Source: a virus. Taken from it: a stretch of DNA of 64,000 nt. The notes below the pieces were generated by a model. That model was given only the letters and a program-made list of their open reading frames with translations, was not told the origin of the DNA and did no database searches. This document shows positions 18,106 through 28,415 of the stretch, piece after piece. The stretch covers positions 1 through 64,000 of the IMG/VR virus record IMGVR_UViG_3300021961_000040. One strand, 5' to 3'. The translations under genes were made by a program, and so were the position numbers. Position 1 is the stretch's first letter. The number at the start of each line of letters is the position of its first letter.

Positions 18106-20217
18106 ACAAGCTGGCCAGATATTGATTCTGATGCAGGCGACCGCGATGCGCTTATCAATGCAGCCCGTGAACTTTACGGTTTTGAAAGTGTAATCCCTGT
18201 TTCGAATTTCAATACCCTGAAACTTAAGTCACTCGTTAAAGACATTGCTAAGTTCTATCAAATTGACTTTGCTGAGGTCAACAAGATGACTGGGCCGCTT
18301 CAAGACGAAGTCATGGCGCAAGCACGTGATGAAAACACTGAGAAGTCTGTGTTCGTTCTTAAACATGAAGATTGTATGCAGTACTCCAAGGGTTATCGAA
18401 CCTTTATGGAAAAATATCCAAAGGTAAAAGACCATATCGAAGAGCTATTTATGCAAAACCGCTCTATTGGTCGACATGCAGGTGGAGTTATTATCGGACC
18501 AGCAGATGCTTTGGCATCTTCGATGCCTATTATCGGTGTTCGAGGTGAATTGCAAACTCCTTGGACAGAAGGAATGAACTTTAGAAACTTGGAAGATAAC
18601 GGGTTTATTAAGTTTGACTTCTTGGGTTTGACGCTCCTTAAAGATGTAGAAAACTGTATTTCTAGAATTCTTACAAGAGAAACAGGAAAAGTTCCTTCAT
18701 TCCTTGAAATCAGAGACTGGTTTGACAAGCACTTAAACTGTCGTTTTGTTGAACAGGACGACCCAAAGGTCTGGGCACATGTTTATCATCAAAGACGAAA
18801 AGTTGGCGTTTTCCAGTTTACTGCTGAAGGCGCACGACGCTTCTGTGAGGATGCAAAGCCTACATCTATTATTGAGCTTGCTGCTTTGACAGCGATTTAT
18901 CGCCCAGGCCCTTTGAAAGCTAACGTCCATAAAAAATATGTCAATGACAAACAAAGAGCAGATCAAATTGAATATGCACATCCTATTATCAAAGAAGTTC
19001 TAGGGCCTACTTTTGGACATGTAACTTTCCAAGAGCAGTTCATGATTCTTGCACAGAAACTTGCAGGATTTTCTCCAGGAGAATCTGATAAGCTTAGAAA
19101 GACACTTGTCAAAAAATCACTTGATACAATCGGAAAGAAAGGTGATGAGCGCGAAGAGGCAAGACTCAAGTTTGTAAAAGGTTCTTGGGAAATCAATGGA
19201 GTACCCGAGTCTGTTTCCCAAGAACTTTGGGAAAGAATTGAGTTCTTCTCGGTATATGGATTTAACCTTTCCCATGCAGTTGCATATGCAATTGGTTCAT
19301 ATTATTCAGCTTGGCTTCACACATATTATGAGACTGACTGGCTTGCTACAATCCTTCAGTCTGAAAACGGCAATCCTAAAAACTTGGCAAAGGCAATTTC
19401 TGAAATCAAAGCAATGGGCTATAGTGTTAGTACTCCTGATGTTAACGAGTCAGGTCTTGAGTGGGTATGGTCTAAAAACAAGAAGTCGTTTATTCCACCT
19501 CTTACATCAATCAAGGGTTTAGGCAAGAATGCTGTTAAGGAAATTCTTCAAAATCGTCCTTATACTTCTCTTAGTCAGATGCTGTATGACGAAAACGGCA
19601 AATGGTATCACTCTAAGCTTAACAAAACAGGTTTTGCCGCACTTTGTATGACAGAGTCACTTGATGCTCTTGAGGAAATGTGGAAAGGTGAAATCCAAAA
19701 CCACCGACAGCTTCATGATATTATTATTGAAAATTATAACACTCTCAAGAAAAGCAAATTTGGTATGACACTTAAACAAGCAGAAAAGCAAGATGCTGAT
19801 CCTATCCTACCTCAGCTTATTATGCAGACGTCAGGCACAGAAGACTGGACACGCATCGAAAAACTTCAGTTGTATCAAGATATGTGTTCTGCAACTCGTG
19901 ATGACTTGGCATTTCCAGAAGAACTGATGACCAAAATTCGAAGTGCTAATGTAAAATCAGTCTTGCAAATGGATCCAGGAGAGAAAGGTATCTCTTGGTT
20001 TTGTGTTGTCGAAACAATTAAAAAGACTACAAAAAATAAAAAGGTCTTCTATCGTGTTAAGATTACAGATGAAGAAAGCAATTCTGGCTGGCTTCGTGTC
20101 TGGGGAGAAGTTCCAAGCTCTATGGAGCCTTATACAATATGGTTAGCCAATGCCTCAAATGACCCCAACTGGGGAGCTTCGACAAACTCTGCAAAAATCC
20201 GCCCACTTGTCAAGTAA
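17968..20217 (+). CDS. dnaE: DNA polymerase III alpha C-part with C-intein
   Basis: IntC then TSWPDIDSD, GRHAGG, KFDFLGL, RPGP, FQEQ, YGFNLSHA, PDVN, IKGLG, OB fold. Confidence 0.92.
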   Translation: MPQELIEIEEIEFIPYAKSMIDIEVEDDHTFFVAQDEESDFVLTHNTSWPDIDSDAGDRDALINAARELYGFESVIPVSNFNTLKLKSLVKDIAKFYQIDFAEVNKMTGPLQDEVMAQARDENTEKSVFVLKHEDCMQYSKGYRTFMEKYPKVKDHIEELFMQNRSIGRHAGGVIIGPADALASSMPIIGVRGELQTPWTEGMNFRNLEDNGFIKFDFLGLTLLKDVENCISRILTRETGKVPSFLEIRDWFDKHLNCRFVEQDDPKVWAHVYHQRRKVGVFQFTAEGARRFCEDAKPTSIIELAALTAIYRPGPLKANVHKKYVNDKQRADQIEYAHPIIKEVLGPTFGHVTFQEQFMILAQKLAGFSPGESDKLRKTLVKKSLDTIGKKGDEREEARLKFVKGSWEINGVPESVSQELWERIEFFSVYGFNLSHAVAYAIGSYYSAWLHTYYETDWLATILQSENGNPKNLAKAISEIKAMGYSVSTPDVNESGLEWVWSKNKKSFIPPLTSIKGLGKNAVKEILQNRPYTSLSQMLYDENGKWYHSKLNKTGFAALCMTESLDALEEMWKGEIQNHRQLHDIIIENYNTLKKSKFGMTLKQAEKQDADPILPQLIMQTSGTEDWTRIEKLQLYQDMCSATRDDLAFPEELMTKIRSANVKSVLQMDPGEKGISWFCVVETIKKTTKNKKVFYRVKITDEESNSGWLRVWGEVPSSMEPYTIWLANASNDPNWGASTNSAKIRPLVK

Positions 20218-20470
20218 AAAGATTACTAAGAAAGCTTTTTCACAAAATAAAAGTTTTGTTCTTGAAAATCTTTATCCTGGAGACGTAATTTCTTATTACT
20301 ATTATTATGGGCCAGATGCTGAAAAAGATGTTAAGTATGCAATTGTCATAGATGTTAGCAAGGGAAAGAAGAAATGGTTAAGAAAGTATAAGATACTTAC
20401 TGAGCATATTCTTTGGGAACCATGCCACAAGGATTTAGAAAAAAACTACAGAATAGAAAAGGTAAAGTAA
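20207..20470 (+). CDS. Hypothetical protein (start uncertain)
   Basis: Fills the gap between dnaE and guaC. Confidence 0.45.
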   Translation: MSSKKITKKAFSQNKSFVLENLYPGDVISYYYYYGPDAEKDVKYAIVIDVSKGKKKWLRKYKILTEHILWEPCHKDLEKNYRIEKVK

Positions 20471-21562
20471 ATGAGAATTGAAGAAGATTTAAAGTTAGAT
20501 TTTAAAGATGTTTTAATACGACCTAAGCGGTCAGAAGCAAAGAGTAGAAAAGATGTAGTCCTTGATAGAAAATATACATTTAGAAATGGCACAACGTGGG
20601 AAGGAATTCCTATTATTGCTGCCAATATGGATGGTGTAGGAACATTTGAGATGTCAAGAGTCTTAAACAGACACGGTCTTATGACATGCTTAGTAAAGTC
20701 ATACGAGTATGATGACTACGTTGAAAATCTTTCTAAACTGGTTCCATCAACTACTATTTTGTCCACAGGAATATCTTTAACAGATCTAGAAAAAACTCAA
20801 AACATTGTCGATGCTTTTAAAGCAAACATAGAGTTTGTTTGTATAGACGTAGCAAATGGTTACTCAGAATATTTTGTTGATTTTGTGAGGCGTTTTAAAG
20901 AAAGAAATCCACACATAACACTTATCGCAGGTAATGTTGTCACTGCTGATATGACTCAAGAACTAATTCTTGCAGGTGCTGACATTGTGAAAGTAGGTAT
21001 TGGACCAGGAAGTGTTTGCATTACGCGAATTAAGACAGGTGTGGGCTACCCGCAGCTTTCGGCAATCATAGAATGTGCTGATGCAGCACACGGATTGGGC
21101 GGCCACATCATTGCCGACGGTGGGTGCACTTGCCCAGGAGACGTTGCAAAGGCATTTGCAGCAGGAGCAGATTTTGTCATGATGGGTGGAATGTTTGCAG
21201 GTCACATCGAGGGCGGCGGCGAAGTTATCACAAAAAGATTTAAGACTTCTGAAAGAGAAGTTTATGATGATGGAGAAACAGGTGACCCCGTCTTCGAAGA
21301 CAAGAAGTACGTGACTTTTTATGGTATGTCTTCAGACACCGCTATGAACAAACACTCCGGAGGTGTAGCTGAGTACCGTGCTTCTGAGGGTAGAACAGTT
21401 GAAGTACCTTTTAAGGGAAGTGTTGATGACACTGTAAAAGATTTGCTAGGCGGTTTAAGATCTACATGTACATATGTGGGAGCTTCTTCACTTAAGCAGC
21501 TTAGTAAATGTGCTACATTTGTTAGAGTAACACAGCAATTTAACGGAGTGTTTGTAAAATGA
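20471..21562 (+). CDS. guaC: GMP reductase
   Basis: [46 protein letters not shown]. Confidence 0.95.
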   Translation: MRIEEDLKLDFKDVLIRPKRSEAKSRKDVVLDRKYTFRNGTTWEGIPIIAANMDGVGTFEMSRVLNRHGLMTCLVKSYEYDDYVENLSKLVPSTTILSTGISLTDLEKTQNIVDAFKANIEFVCIDVANGYSEYFVDFVRRFKERNPHITLIAGNVVTADMTQELILAGADIVKVGIGPGSVCITRIKTGVGYPQLSAIIECADAAHGLGGHIIADGGCTCPGDVAKAFAAGADFVMMGGMFAGHIEGGGEVITKRFKTSEREVYDDGETGDPVFEDKKYVTFYGMSSDTAMNKHSGGVAEYRASEGRTVEVPFKGSVDDTVKDLLGGLRSTCTYVGASSLKQLSKCATFVRVTQQFNGVFVK

Positions 21563-22473
21563 GAAGAACACCAATAAATCAAATTACGCTAGAGGGTCCT
21601 GACCTAAGTGGTAAAACTACGCTTTATCAAAAACTACATGAAAAGTCTGGGTATTACTGGAATATTCAAGATCGTTCTTCATTATCTATGATTATATATG
21701 CTCGCCTTTATGGCAGGAGTGACTATTTTCATGTAGAATCTCTGAAGCGAGAAATTTCAAATCTTAATAATATTATGATACTGCTTCTTCCTGACTGGCA
21801 AGTTATTGCTGAAAGGTTCCAAAAGCGCGGCGACGAAATTCAAAACCTAGCATCTCTTAAAAAAGTGTATGATCTTTTTTCAGAAGCAGCTGTCGAGTTT
21901 GAGAATTACCCAAATGTAATTCTAATAAAATCAGAAGTTGACGACATCATGGTAAACTACATTGTTCATCAACTTCGATCTCATTTTGAAAGAAAGTCTT
22001 ACCATGAATATGCAGACTTTTTTAAAATAGCAGCAGCTTCTTCTAAAAGTCTAGAAAAAATTGGGCTAAACTTAGTGCATTATGACGACGGAATGTTTGA
22101 TGATGTGTCAGAAGAAATGTTACGTTATGAAAAAGAAAAAGTCTATTATGACAAGATCAGAAGAAAACTCTTAAAGAAAATTAATGATGAATTAGAAGGT
22201 GCCAATGAATATGGAAGAGAAGAGACTTATGAGTCACGCCGGTTTATATACACAGATGATTCCTGTTTGTCTCTGTGCCACTTTATGCTAAGAAATGAGT
22301 TTCTATACGGAGAATTCTATTTAAGGTCTTCAGAAACAAAGCAGACATTGCAGTATGATATGAATTTTATTAAATCTTTAACTCGTGATGTTTTTTCTAG
22401 GCTTTCTGAGTTCTCTGAAATAAAAATGTGCAAAATAGATTTAAAAATTGGGTCAGGTCACATAGTAAATTGA
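21559..22473 (+). CDS. dNMP kinase fused to a truncated thymidylate synthase / dCMP hydroxymethylase-like domain
   Basis: [13 protein letters not shown]; C-terminal SRR...SC...F.LR...RSS...YD...GSGH. Confidence 0.65.
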   Translation: MRRTPINQITLEGPDLSGKTTLYQKLHEKSGYYWNIQDRSSLSMIIYARLYGRSDYFHVESLKREISNLNNIMILLLPDWQVIAERFQKRGDEIQNLASLKKVYDLFSEAAVEFENYPNVILIKSEVDDIMVNYIVHQLRSHFERKSYHEYADFFKIAAASSKSLEKIGLNLVHYDDGMFDDVSEEMLRYEKEKVYYDKIRRKLLKKINDELEGANEYGREETYESRRFIYTDDSCLSLCHFMLRNEFLYGEFYLRSSETKQTLQYDMNFIKSLTRDVFSRLSEFSEIKMCKIDLKIGSGHIVN

Positions 22474-22530
22474 TATTATATTTTTTTTTAACATGAAGTA
22501 GAATTAAATGGTTATGAAAAGGAGAATTAT

Positions 22531-23574
22531 ATGCGTAGAGCTTTAGTAACAGGCGGTTGTGGTTTCGTTGGTTCAAATCTAACAAAAAAATTAGTTCATG
22601 AAGGATGGCAAGTAGATGTAGTTGATGATATGTCTGGAGGAAGCTTAGAAGCTTTAGAAGACGTAAAGAAACGAGTCTTGCCAGCAAGCTCTTTTCTTGA
22701 ACCCTACTATCAATCTCTTAATAGGGTAGAAGGTCAAGCCGTAACTTCACCGACTGTACAATTACAAAGAGAAAAAGATCTTGTTTTAGTAATATCAGAT
22801 GACTTTGCTTCTGATCATATGCTTGCGTATATCCAGCGAGGTTTTTATGATGTAGTTTTCCATCAGGCTGCCATTCCTAGAGTTTCATATTCAGTAGAAA
22901 ATCCAGCAGAAACAACTTACACAAACGTTTTTTCAACTGTTCGACTATTTGAAGCTTGTGCAGGAAATGTCGACCGAGTTGTTTGGGCTTCTTCTTCATC
23001 TGTATACGGCGGCGCTGAGTCTATGCCTACTCATGAGTCAGAAAGAGGAAAAAATTTACCTAAATCACCTTATGCATGGCAAAAATTTACAATTGAAGAT
23101 TATGCAAAGCTAGCTGCTGACTTATACAATTTAGATATTGTTTGCTTGCGTTATTTTAATGTATTTGGTCCTGGTCAGTTAGGAGATTCTCCTTATTCAA
23201 CTGCTGTAGCTGCTTGGTGTCACGCTGTTAAAAATGGTCTTCCTCTAAGGTCAGATGGTGATGGAACACAGTCAAGAGATATGTGCTATATAGATAACAC
23301 AGTTGATGCAAATATCTTAGCAGCAAATTCTAAAATGTCTTTTAGAGGTCGAGCTTACAATATTGCATGTGGTTCGAGTGTATCTAATAATCAAATCTTA
23401 GACCATTTTAGAGCTAATTTTGATGCAGTCGTTAAACATGCTCCAGAAAGAGCAGGTGATGTAAAGCATACTCTTGCTGATATATCTCGAGCAGAATCAG
23501 AATTAGGCTATAAACCTCTTGTAGCATTCTGGGAAGGATTAGAGAAAACTATAAACTGGTGGAAACTAGATTGA
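22531..23574 (+). CDS. NAD-dependent epimerase (UDP-hexose/HexNAc 4-epimerase-like)
   Basis: VTGGCGFVGS, HQAA, ASSSSVYG, SPYAWQK, LRYFNVFGP. Confidence 0.9.
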   Translation: MRRALVTGGCGFVGSNLTKKLVHEGWQVDVVDDMSGGSLEALEDVKKRVLPASSFLEPYYQSLNRVEGQAVTSPTVQLQREKDLVLVISDDFASDHMLAYIQRGFYDVVFHQAAIPRVSYSVENPAETTYTNVFSTVRLFEACAGNVDRVVWASSSSVYGGAESMPTHESERGKNLPKSPYAWQKFTIEDYAKLAADLYNLDIVCLRYFNVFGPGQLGDSPYSTAVAAWCHAVKNGLPLRSDGDGTQSRDMCYIDNTVDANILAANSKMSFRGRAYNIACGSSVSNNQILDHFRANFDAVVKHAPERAGDVKHTLADISRAESELGYKPLVAFWEGLEKTINWWKLD

Positions 23575-23582
23575 CTAGAAAC

Positions 23583-24013
23583 ATGAAATCTGCATGGGTA
23601 ACATCGTCTGCTTCTGTCAACAAACCTTGGAGAGAAGAAACTTGTTGGAACTCACAAGGTGAAGTTACTGTAAAAACAATTACATTAAAAAAAAGGACAG
23701 TGCAACAGTTTTAAGTATAATGATATCAAGAGTGAACTCTTGATATGTGCATTAGGCACTATTAAAGCATATTTTGCTGATGAAGAGCTTATTAAAAACG
23801 ACATAGGTGACTTAAAAACAGCTGTCTTAAAAGAAAAAATGGCACTTTTCAGTACAATCTGGGTGTCCTTATCGTCTAGAAGCAATAGAAGATTCAATAA
23901 TTTTAGAAGTCTCTTCCTCTTCACGAGGACAAAAAGGCATCAATAGAATACATGACGATTATGGAAGAAAAACAATTAAAGTTTCAAAACATATTGAGGA
24001 TATTATAAAAAAA
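23583..24013 (+). pseudogene. Cupin (mannose-6-phosphate isomerase type II-like), two frameshifts
   Basis: KPW.EE...LKKGQ.S...K.E...PYRLEAIEDSIILEVS...RIHDDYGR reconstructed across A8 (23687-94) and T4 (~23846). Confidence 0.6.
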
Positions 24014-24574
24014 ATGGTTCCTAAATTAAAAATGTATGTAGGCCCGATGTTTAGCGGAAAGTCTACCAAGCTTTTACAGCAAGTTGAAAGATATAAATAT
24101 GCAAACAAAGAAGTAATTTGCTTCAAGCCCGCTATGGACAATAGGTATACTAAAGAGGGCTTGATTGTGACTCACGGTGGGATGCAAGTACCTTGCATAC
24201 TTGTAAATAGCGGCCAAGATATAATAGAATATTTAAGCAACAAAGACGTGCCTGATGTTATCGCCATTGATGAAGCCTTCATGATTGACGACGTATGTAA
24301 TGCTTGTTTGTATTTTTTGTATAATAAAAGGATAGACGTGATTATATCTACTCTAGATCTTTCTTCTTCTTTGACAACTTTTGAAGAAGTTTCAAGTCTT
24401 TTGAGTCATGCAACGCATGTAAAAAAATGCAAAGCTGTTTGCACAGTTTGTGGTCAAGATGCAACTTATACTATGCGAAAAGAAGAATTTAGAGACACAA
24501 GCTTGATTCATGTCGGAGGCGATGATATATATGAAGCAAGGTGCCTTAAGCATCACGCTGGAATTGTATTTTAG
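24014..24574 (+). CDS. tdk: Thymidine kinase
   Basis: GPMFSGKST, DNRY, IDEA, CTVC, VGGDDIYEARC. Confidence 0.93.
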   Translation: MVPKLKMYVGPMFSGKSTKLLQQVERYKYANKEVICFKPAMDNRYTKEGLIVTHGGMQVPCILVNSGQDIIEYLSNKDVPDVIAIDEAFMIDDVCNACLYFLYNKRIDVIISTLDLSSSLTTFEEVSSLLSHATHVKKCKAVCTVCGQDATYTMRKEEFRDTSLIHVGGDDIYEARCLKHHAGIVF

Positions 24575-24583
24575 GAGAGAAAA

Positions 24584-25447
24584 TTGATTGAACCCACAAG
24601 TGTAAATTGCGTAATTTTTCATGCTGACTGCACAGACGGTTTTGGAGCTGCTTATTCTGCATGGAAGTGTTTAGGAAATAGAGCTGAATATTATCCGTGT
24701 AAGCACGGTCAAGTACCACCAGACGTGACAGGAAAAAATGTTGTTATTTTAGATTTTTCGTTTAAAAACGACGTAACTAAAGAAATGATTAAGAAATCAA
24801 ATACACTTCTTGTTATTGATCATCATAAATCTGCGATGGTTGAACTACATGATATATCAAATACTCATTTTGATATGACAAAAAGTGGTGCAATGCTTTC
24901 ATGGGAGTTTTTTCATCCGGGTAAAGAACCTCCAAAGTTTATTAGATATATTCAAGATCGAGATCTTTGGAAATGGGAGCTAGAGTATTCAAAAGAATTT
25001 AGTGCAGCTTTTGATATGATACCTTTTGAATTTGAAGAATTTGAAAAATTTGAAGATGATTCTGTCTTTGACGATGCTGTAAAACGCGGAAGCTACATTC
25101 TTGCTTATTCAAAAACTGTTGTTAAGAAGGTTTGTGAAAAAGCTGCAAGTAGAAAACTCGACGGAAAAGAAGTTTTAGTCGTTAATGCATCACACTGGAT
25201 GTCTGAAATCGGTGCTCGCTTGGCACCCGATTGCGATTTTGCAATGATCTGGTATTACGATCATAATGACAATATTAACAAAGTAAGCTTAAGAGCTTTT
25301 CATGAAGCAGTCGATGTTTCAGAAATTTCAAAGAAATACGGCGGCGGCGGACATAAAAAAGCAGCAGGATTCGTTCTCCCCGGTGATTTTATAATTGATA
25401 CACTTTTTGACAAGGAAGAAGAAATTGAGCAGACCATCCTGGGATGA
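24584..25447 (+). CDS. DHH/DHHA1 phosphoesterase
   Basis: DCTDG, LDF, IDHH, SLR, GGGGHKKAAG. Confidence 0.88.
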   Translation: MIEPTSVNCVIFHADCTDGFGAAYSAWKCLGNRAEYYPCKHGQVPPDVTGKNVVILDFSFKNDVTKEMIKKSNTLLVIDHHKSAMVELHDISNTHFDMTKSGAMLSWEFFHPGKEPPKFIRYIQDRDLWKWELEYSKEFSAAFDMIPFEFEEFEKFEDDSVFDDAVKRGSYILAYSKTVVKKVCEKAASRKLDGKEVLVVNASHWMSEIGARLAPDCDFAMIWYYDHNDNINKVSLRAFHEAVDVSEISKKYGGGGHKKAAGFVLPGDFIIDTLFDKEEEIEQTILG

Positions 25448-25835
25448 AATATGGGCAAATTTTGCTAAGCAGATTGCTAGAAGAAGTGTAGACCCAAAAT
25501 ACAAAGTAGGCGCTGTTGTAGTAAATGATGAAAATACACAGGTTTTGTCAATCGGTTATAATGGAGATCAAAAAGGAGGATCAAATAAAAGAGAATCTTT
25601 GTCCATGGGTAACAGTGGTTTTATACATGCAGAAGAAAATGCTTTAATTAAACTAGACTACAACAACCCAAAATATAAAAAGATGTATGTGACGCTTTCT
25701 CCTTGCAAAATGTGTGCAAAAAAAATTGTCAATGCAGGTATAGATGAAGTATTATATTTAGAAAGATACGAACAGTCGAACGGTATAGATATACTTATAG
25801 ATGCAGGAATTGTAGTTAGACACCTAAACTTTTAG
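25425..25835 (+). CDS. dCMP deaminase
   Basis: RPSWDE, GYNG, HAEENA, SPCKMC. Confidence 0.9.
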   Translation: MSRPSWDEIWANFAKQIARRSVDPKYKVGAVVVNDENTQVLSIGYNGDQKGGSNKRESLSMGNSGFIHAEENALIKLDYNNPKYKKMYVTLSPCKMCAKKIVNAGIDEVLYLERYEQSNGIDILIDAGIVVRHLNF

Positions 25836-25844
25836 GAGATAGAC

Positions 25845-26099
25845 TTGAAACATAAAGTTATTGAATCTTTACTGGCCATAGGAGGAAAAAAAGATAAAGA
25901 AAATTCTATTAACCTTCTAGCGTCTGGATTGGTTATTCAATGCAAAGATACCGGTCATAAATATACAGTAGACAGAGTCGATTTTGATAACAAAGGAAAG
26001 CCAAGCGTTATTTGCTATAGACACTATGGCCCAACAGAATCAGATGTTGTCTATATCAAACTACAAGAAAAAGATTTTCCAAAATATGAGGCAGCATAA
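25845..26099 (+). CDS. Hypothetical protein
   Basis: AGGAG RBS. Confidence 0.55.
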   Translation: MKHKVIESLLAIGGKKDKENSINLLASGLVIQCKDTGHKYTVDRVDFDNKGKPSVICYRHYGPTESDVVYIKLQEKDFPKYEAA

Positions 26100-26800
26100 T
26101 GAGAATTGATGATTTTTTAACAGAAGAAGCTAAGAAGGTCATAAAAGATACACTAGATGTTGGCAAAAAGCCTCTTAGCGAGTCTTTTATGGCGCAACCT
26201 AAGCAATTTACCGTAAAAACAGATTTTCTATCTCCTGGAAACGTTCAAAACCATATTGATCTTTACGAAGGTTATGTAGAAAACTTTAACAAGACAAGCA
26301 TCCAGCTTGATTCTGCTGACCGATCGAACGTAAATTCTAATAACTCTCCCTACAGAGCTTATAAGATTGACGAGACTTTCAACATGAACGGTGCTTACCT
26401 TCATGAGCTATATTTTGCTAACATTGGAGATTCACAGTCAAGAATTACAATGGATTCTCTTTCGTATATGAGGCTTAATAGAGACTTCGGATCTTTTGAT
26501 GATTGGCAAAGAGACTTTATTGCCTGCGGAATGGCTTCTCGCTGCGGGTGGGTTGTAACCTATCTTAATATGTTTACTCAGTCCTATATGAATTGTGCAA
26601 TAGATCTTCACTCAGAGAATGTTCCTGTTGGAATGTACCCAGTTATTGTAATGGATGTGTGGCAACATGCTTACTATAGAGATTATTTAAAAGATGTCAA
26701 TTCTTATATGTCGGCAATGATGAAACAGCTTCGCTGGCCTGTAATAGAAAAAAGATTTGAAAAAGCTGATAAAATAATAAACATTGTAAGAGGTGTATAA
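26099..26800 (+). CDS. sod: Fe/Mn superoxide dismutase-like protein with N-terminal extension
   Basis: H...YV, LHELYF, FGSFDDW, GW, DVWQHAYY. Confidence 0.85.
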   Translation: MRIDDFLTEEAKKVIKDTLDVGKKPLSESFMAQPKQFTVKTDFLSPGNVQNHIDLYEGYVENFNKTSIQLDSADRSNVNSNNSPYRAYKIDETFNMNGAYLHELYFANIGDSQSRITMDSLSYMRLNRDFGSFDDWQRDFIACGMASRCGWVVTYLNMFTQSYMNCAIDLHSENVPVGMYPVIVMDVWQHAYYRDYLKDVNSYMSAMMKQLRWPVIEKRFEKADKIINIVRGV

Positions 26801-27474
26801 TGGACAGAAAAATAATGTCAATACTTAAAGAAATGTCAATGATTGTTGAGCAAGCAAAAGAAGCAGGCGTAAACACTCCAGAAAGCCCACTTGCATTAAG
26901 AGCGCCTAAAGCAAAAGCCAGACCTGCTGCTGATTCTGTAGATGATCAAATAGATGCATTGATTTTAAGATATGAATCAGTTTCAATTAGAAAAGAAGCT
27001 TCGTTAAACGAGTCTTTAAAAAATATGAACTTAAGATTTCTTCTTGAACAAGAAGAAGAACCTCCTGCAGATGAAGCACCAGAAGAAGAAGCACCAGAAG
27101 AAGAAGCACCAGAAGAAGAAACACCAGAAGAAGAAGCACCTGATCCTTCTGGGAGCGATGACATGACCGTAACAGCTCCTGCAGATGAACAAAACATACC
27201 TGACTTAGATGTAGATAAATTTACAATGAGAGTCGTCAGACTAGTCAATAATTATAAAAATCTTCTCAACATAGAAGAATCAATTATTAACAGAGCAAAA
27301 ACATTTTTAGATGAAAATTACGGAGAAGTTTTTGTAGAAGAGTTTTTAAATAATCTTAGCTCAAAATATGGCTTAGATATGAATGAATTTACAGACATTC
27401 CAGAAGTTTCTGATGATAATTTTGCTGTAGGTGCATTTGCAGGAGGCACCGGAGGCCTGGGCGGCGGAGCATAA
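26800..27474 (+). CDS. Acidic protein, possibly head-associated
   Basis: LNE/LLE motifs, EEEAP repeats. Confidence 0.6.
   Translation: MDRKIMSILKEMSMIVEQAKEAGVNTPESPLALRAPKAKARPAADSVDDQIDALILRYESVSIRKEASLNESLKNMNLRFLLEQEEEPPADEAPEEEAPEEEAPEEETPEEEAPDPSGSDDMTVTAPADEQNIPDLDVDKFTMRVVRLVNNYKNLLNIEESIINRAKTFLDENYGEVFVEEFLNNLSSKYGLDMNEFTDIPEVSDDNFAVGAFAGGTGGLGGGA
27073..27140 (+). repeat. 15-bp coding tandem repeat (GAAGCACCAGAAGAA, about 4.5 copies)
   Basis: Direct reading. Confidence 0.85.
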
Positions 27475-27477
27475 AAA

Positions 27478-27759
27478 TTGACACTAAGGTCAGAAAATTT
27501 CAATAAGAAGTCTGTTCATTTTAATATTTCAAAAGATGCACATGCAGCTTTTAGAATTGCATGCTTTCAAAGACAACTATCTATGCAAGAGGTTTTTGAA
27601 GATTTTGTTCAACATATATTGGCTGAAGATCCTAAAATTATAAGAATGTTAGATCAATTATCAGATGATAAGAAAAACAAGGTAGAAAAGAAATTTTCTA
27701 AACAAGATGTAGAGTCAATCTTTGATTTAATTGAAAATAATAATAGAATTAAAGATTGA
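27478..27759 (+). CDS. Ribbon-helix-helix-like DNA-binding protein
   Basis: KSVHFNISKDAHAAFRIACFQRQLSMQEV. Confidence 0.55.
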   Translation: MTLRSENFNKKSVHFNISKDAHAAFRIACFQRQLSMQEVFEDFVQHILAEDPKIIRMLDQLSDDKKNKVEKKFSKQDVESIFDLIENNNRIKD

Positions 27760-27775
27760 TAAAAAGGAGATCAAA

Positions 27776-28072
27776 ATGGAAGATGTTAAAGAAAAACTCG
27801 ATAAAGTTGTTGATACTGTCAAAGACAAAGTCGAAGAAGGTTTGACAGAAAAGGTTAAAAAGAGCCTTTATTTAGAAAGCAAAACAAAAGGTGCACTTGA
27901 CTCTGTTCAAGAAAAACTTGTGTCTAGAAAGCTTTTGGTGTTCTTAACTGCTACTGGACTTTTAATTGGCGCAGGTCTTGATCCAGATACGTGGGGTATG
28001 ATTGCTATGTTTTATATTGGTGGTCAATCTGCTATTGATACAATTCAAATTTGGCGTCATGGTAGACAATGA
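27776..28072 (+). CDS. Holin-like membrane protein
   Basis: SRKLLV plus two TM segments; AGGAG RBS. Confidence 0.5.
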   Translation: MEDVKEKLDKVVDTVKDKVEEGLTEKVKKSLYLESKTKGALDSVQEKLVSRKLLVFLTATGLLIGAGLDPDTWGMIAMFYIGGQSAIDTIQIWRHGRQ

Positions 28073-28413
28073 AGTATCTTAAAAAAGCTAAAAAAGCTAT
28101 AGTAGAATACTGGGAAATTTTTGTTGCAGCATTTATATTGCTTCTAGGTGTAATAATAGGAACATCTGGAGGTAGAGAAAAAGTATCTCAGAAAGATGCA
28201 GACGCTAGAAAAAAAGCAGCAAAGTCAATTCAAAAAGGCACTGATCGTGCTATTGAAGATTATCACGATGCAAGAGAAGAAAATGCAAGTGTAAAGCTTG
28301 AAAAAGAGCAAGAAGCAGATAAAAAAGAAAAGCAGAGAAAAGAAGATCTATTAAATAATTCTTCAAAACTAGATAAAGTATTAAAGGACAAATACGGCCT
28401 TGATGGAGAGTAG
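28069..28413 (+). CDS. N-terminal TM plus coiled coil (i-spanin-like)
   Basis: Topology and position after the holin-like gene. Confidence 0.4.
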   Translation: MKYLKKAKKAIVEYWEIFVAAFILLLGVIIGTSGGREKVSQKDADARKKAAKSIQKGTDRAIEDYHDAREENASVKLEKEQEADKKEKQRKEDLLNNSSKLDKVLKDKYGLDGE

Positions 28414-28415
28414 TT

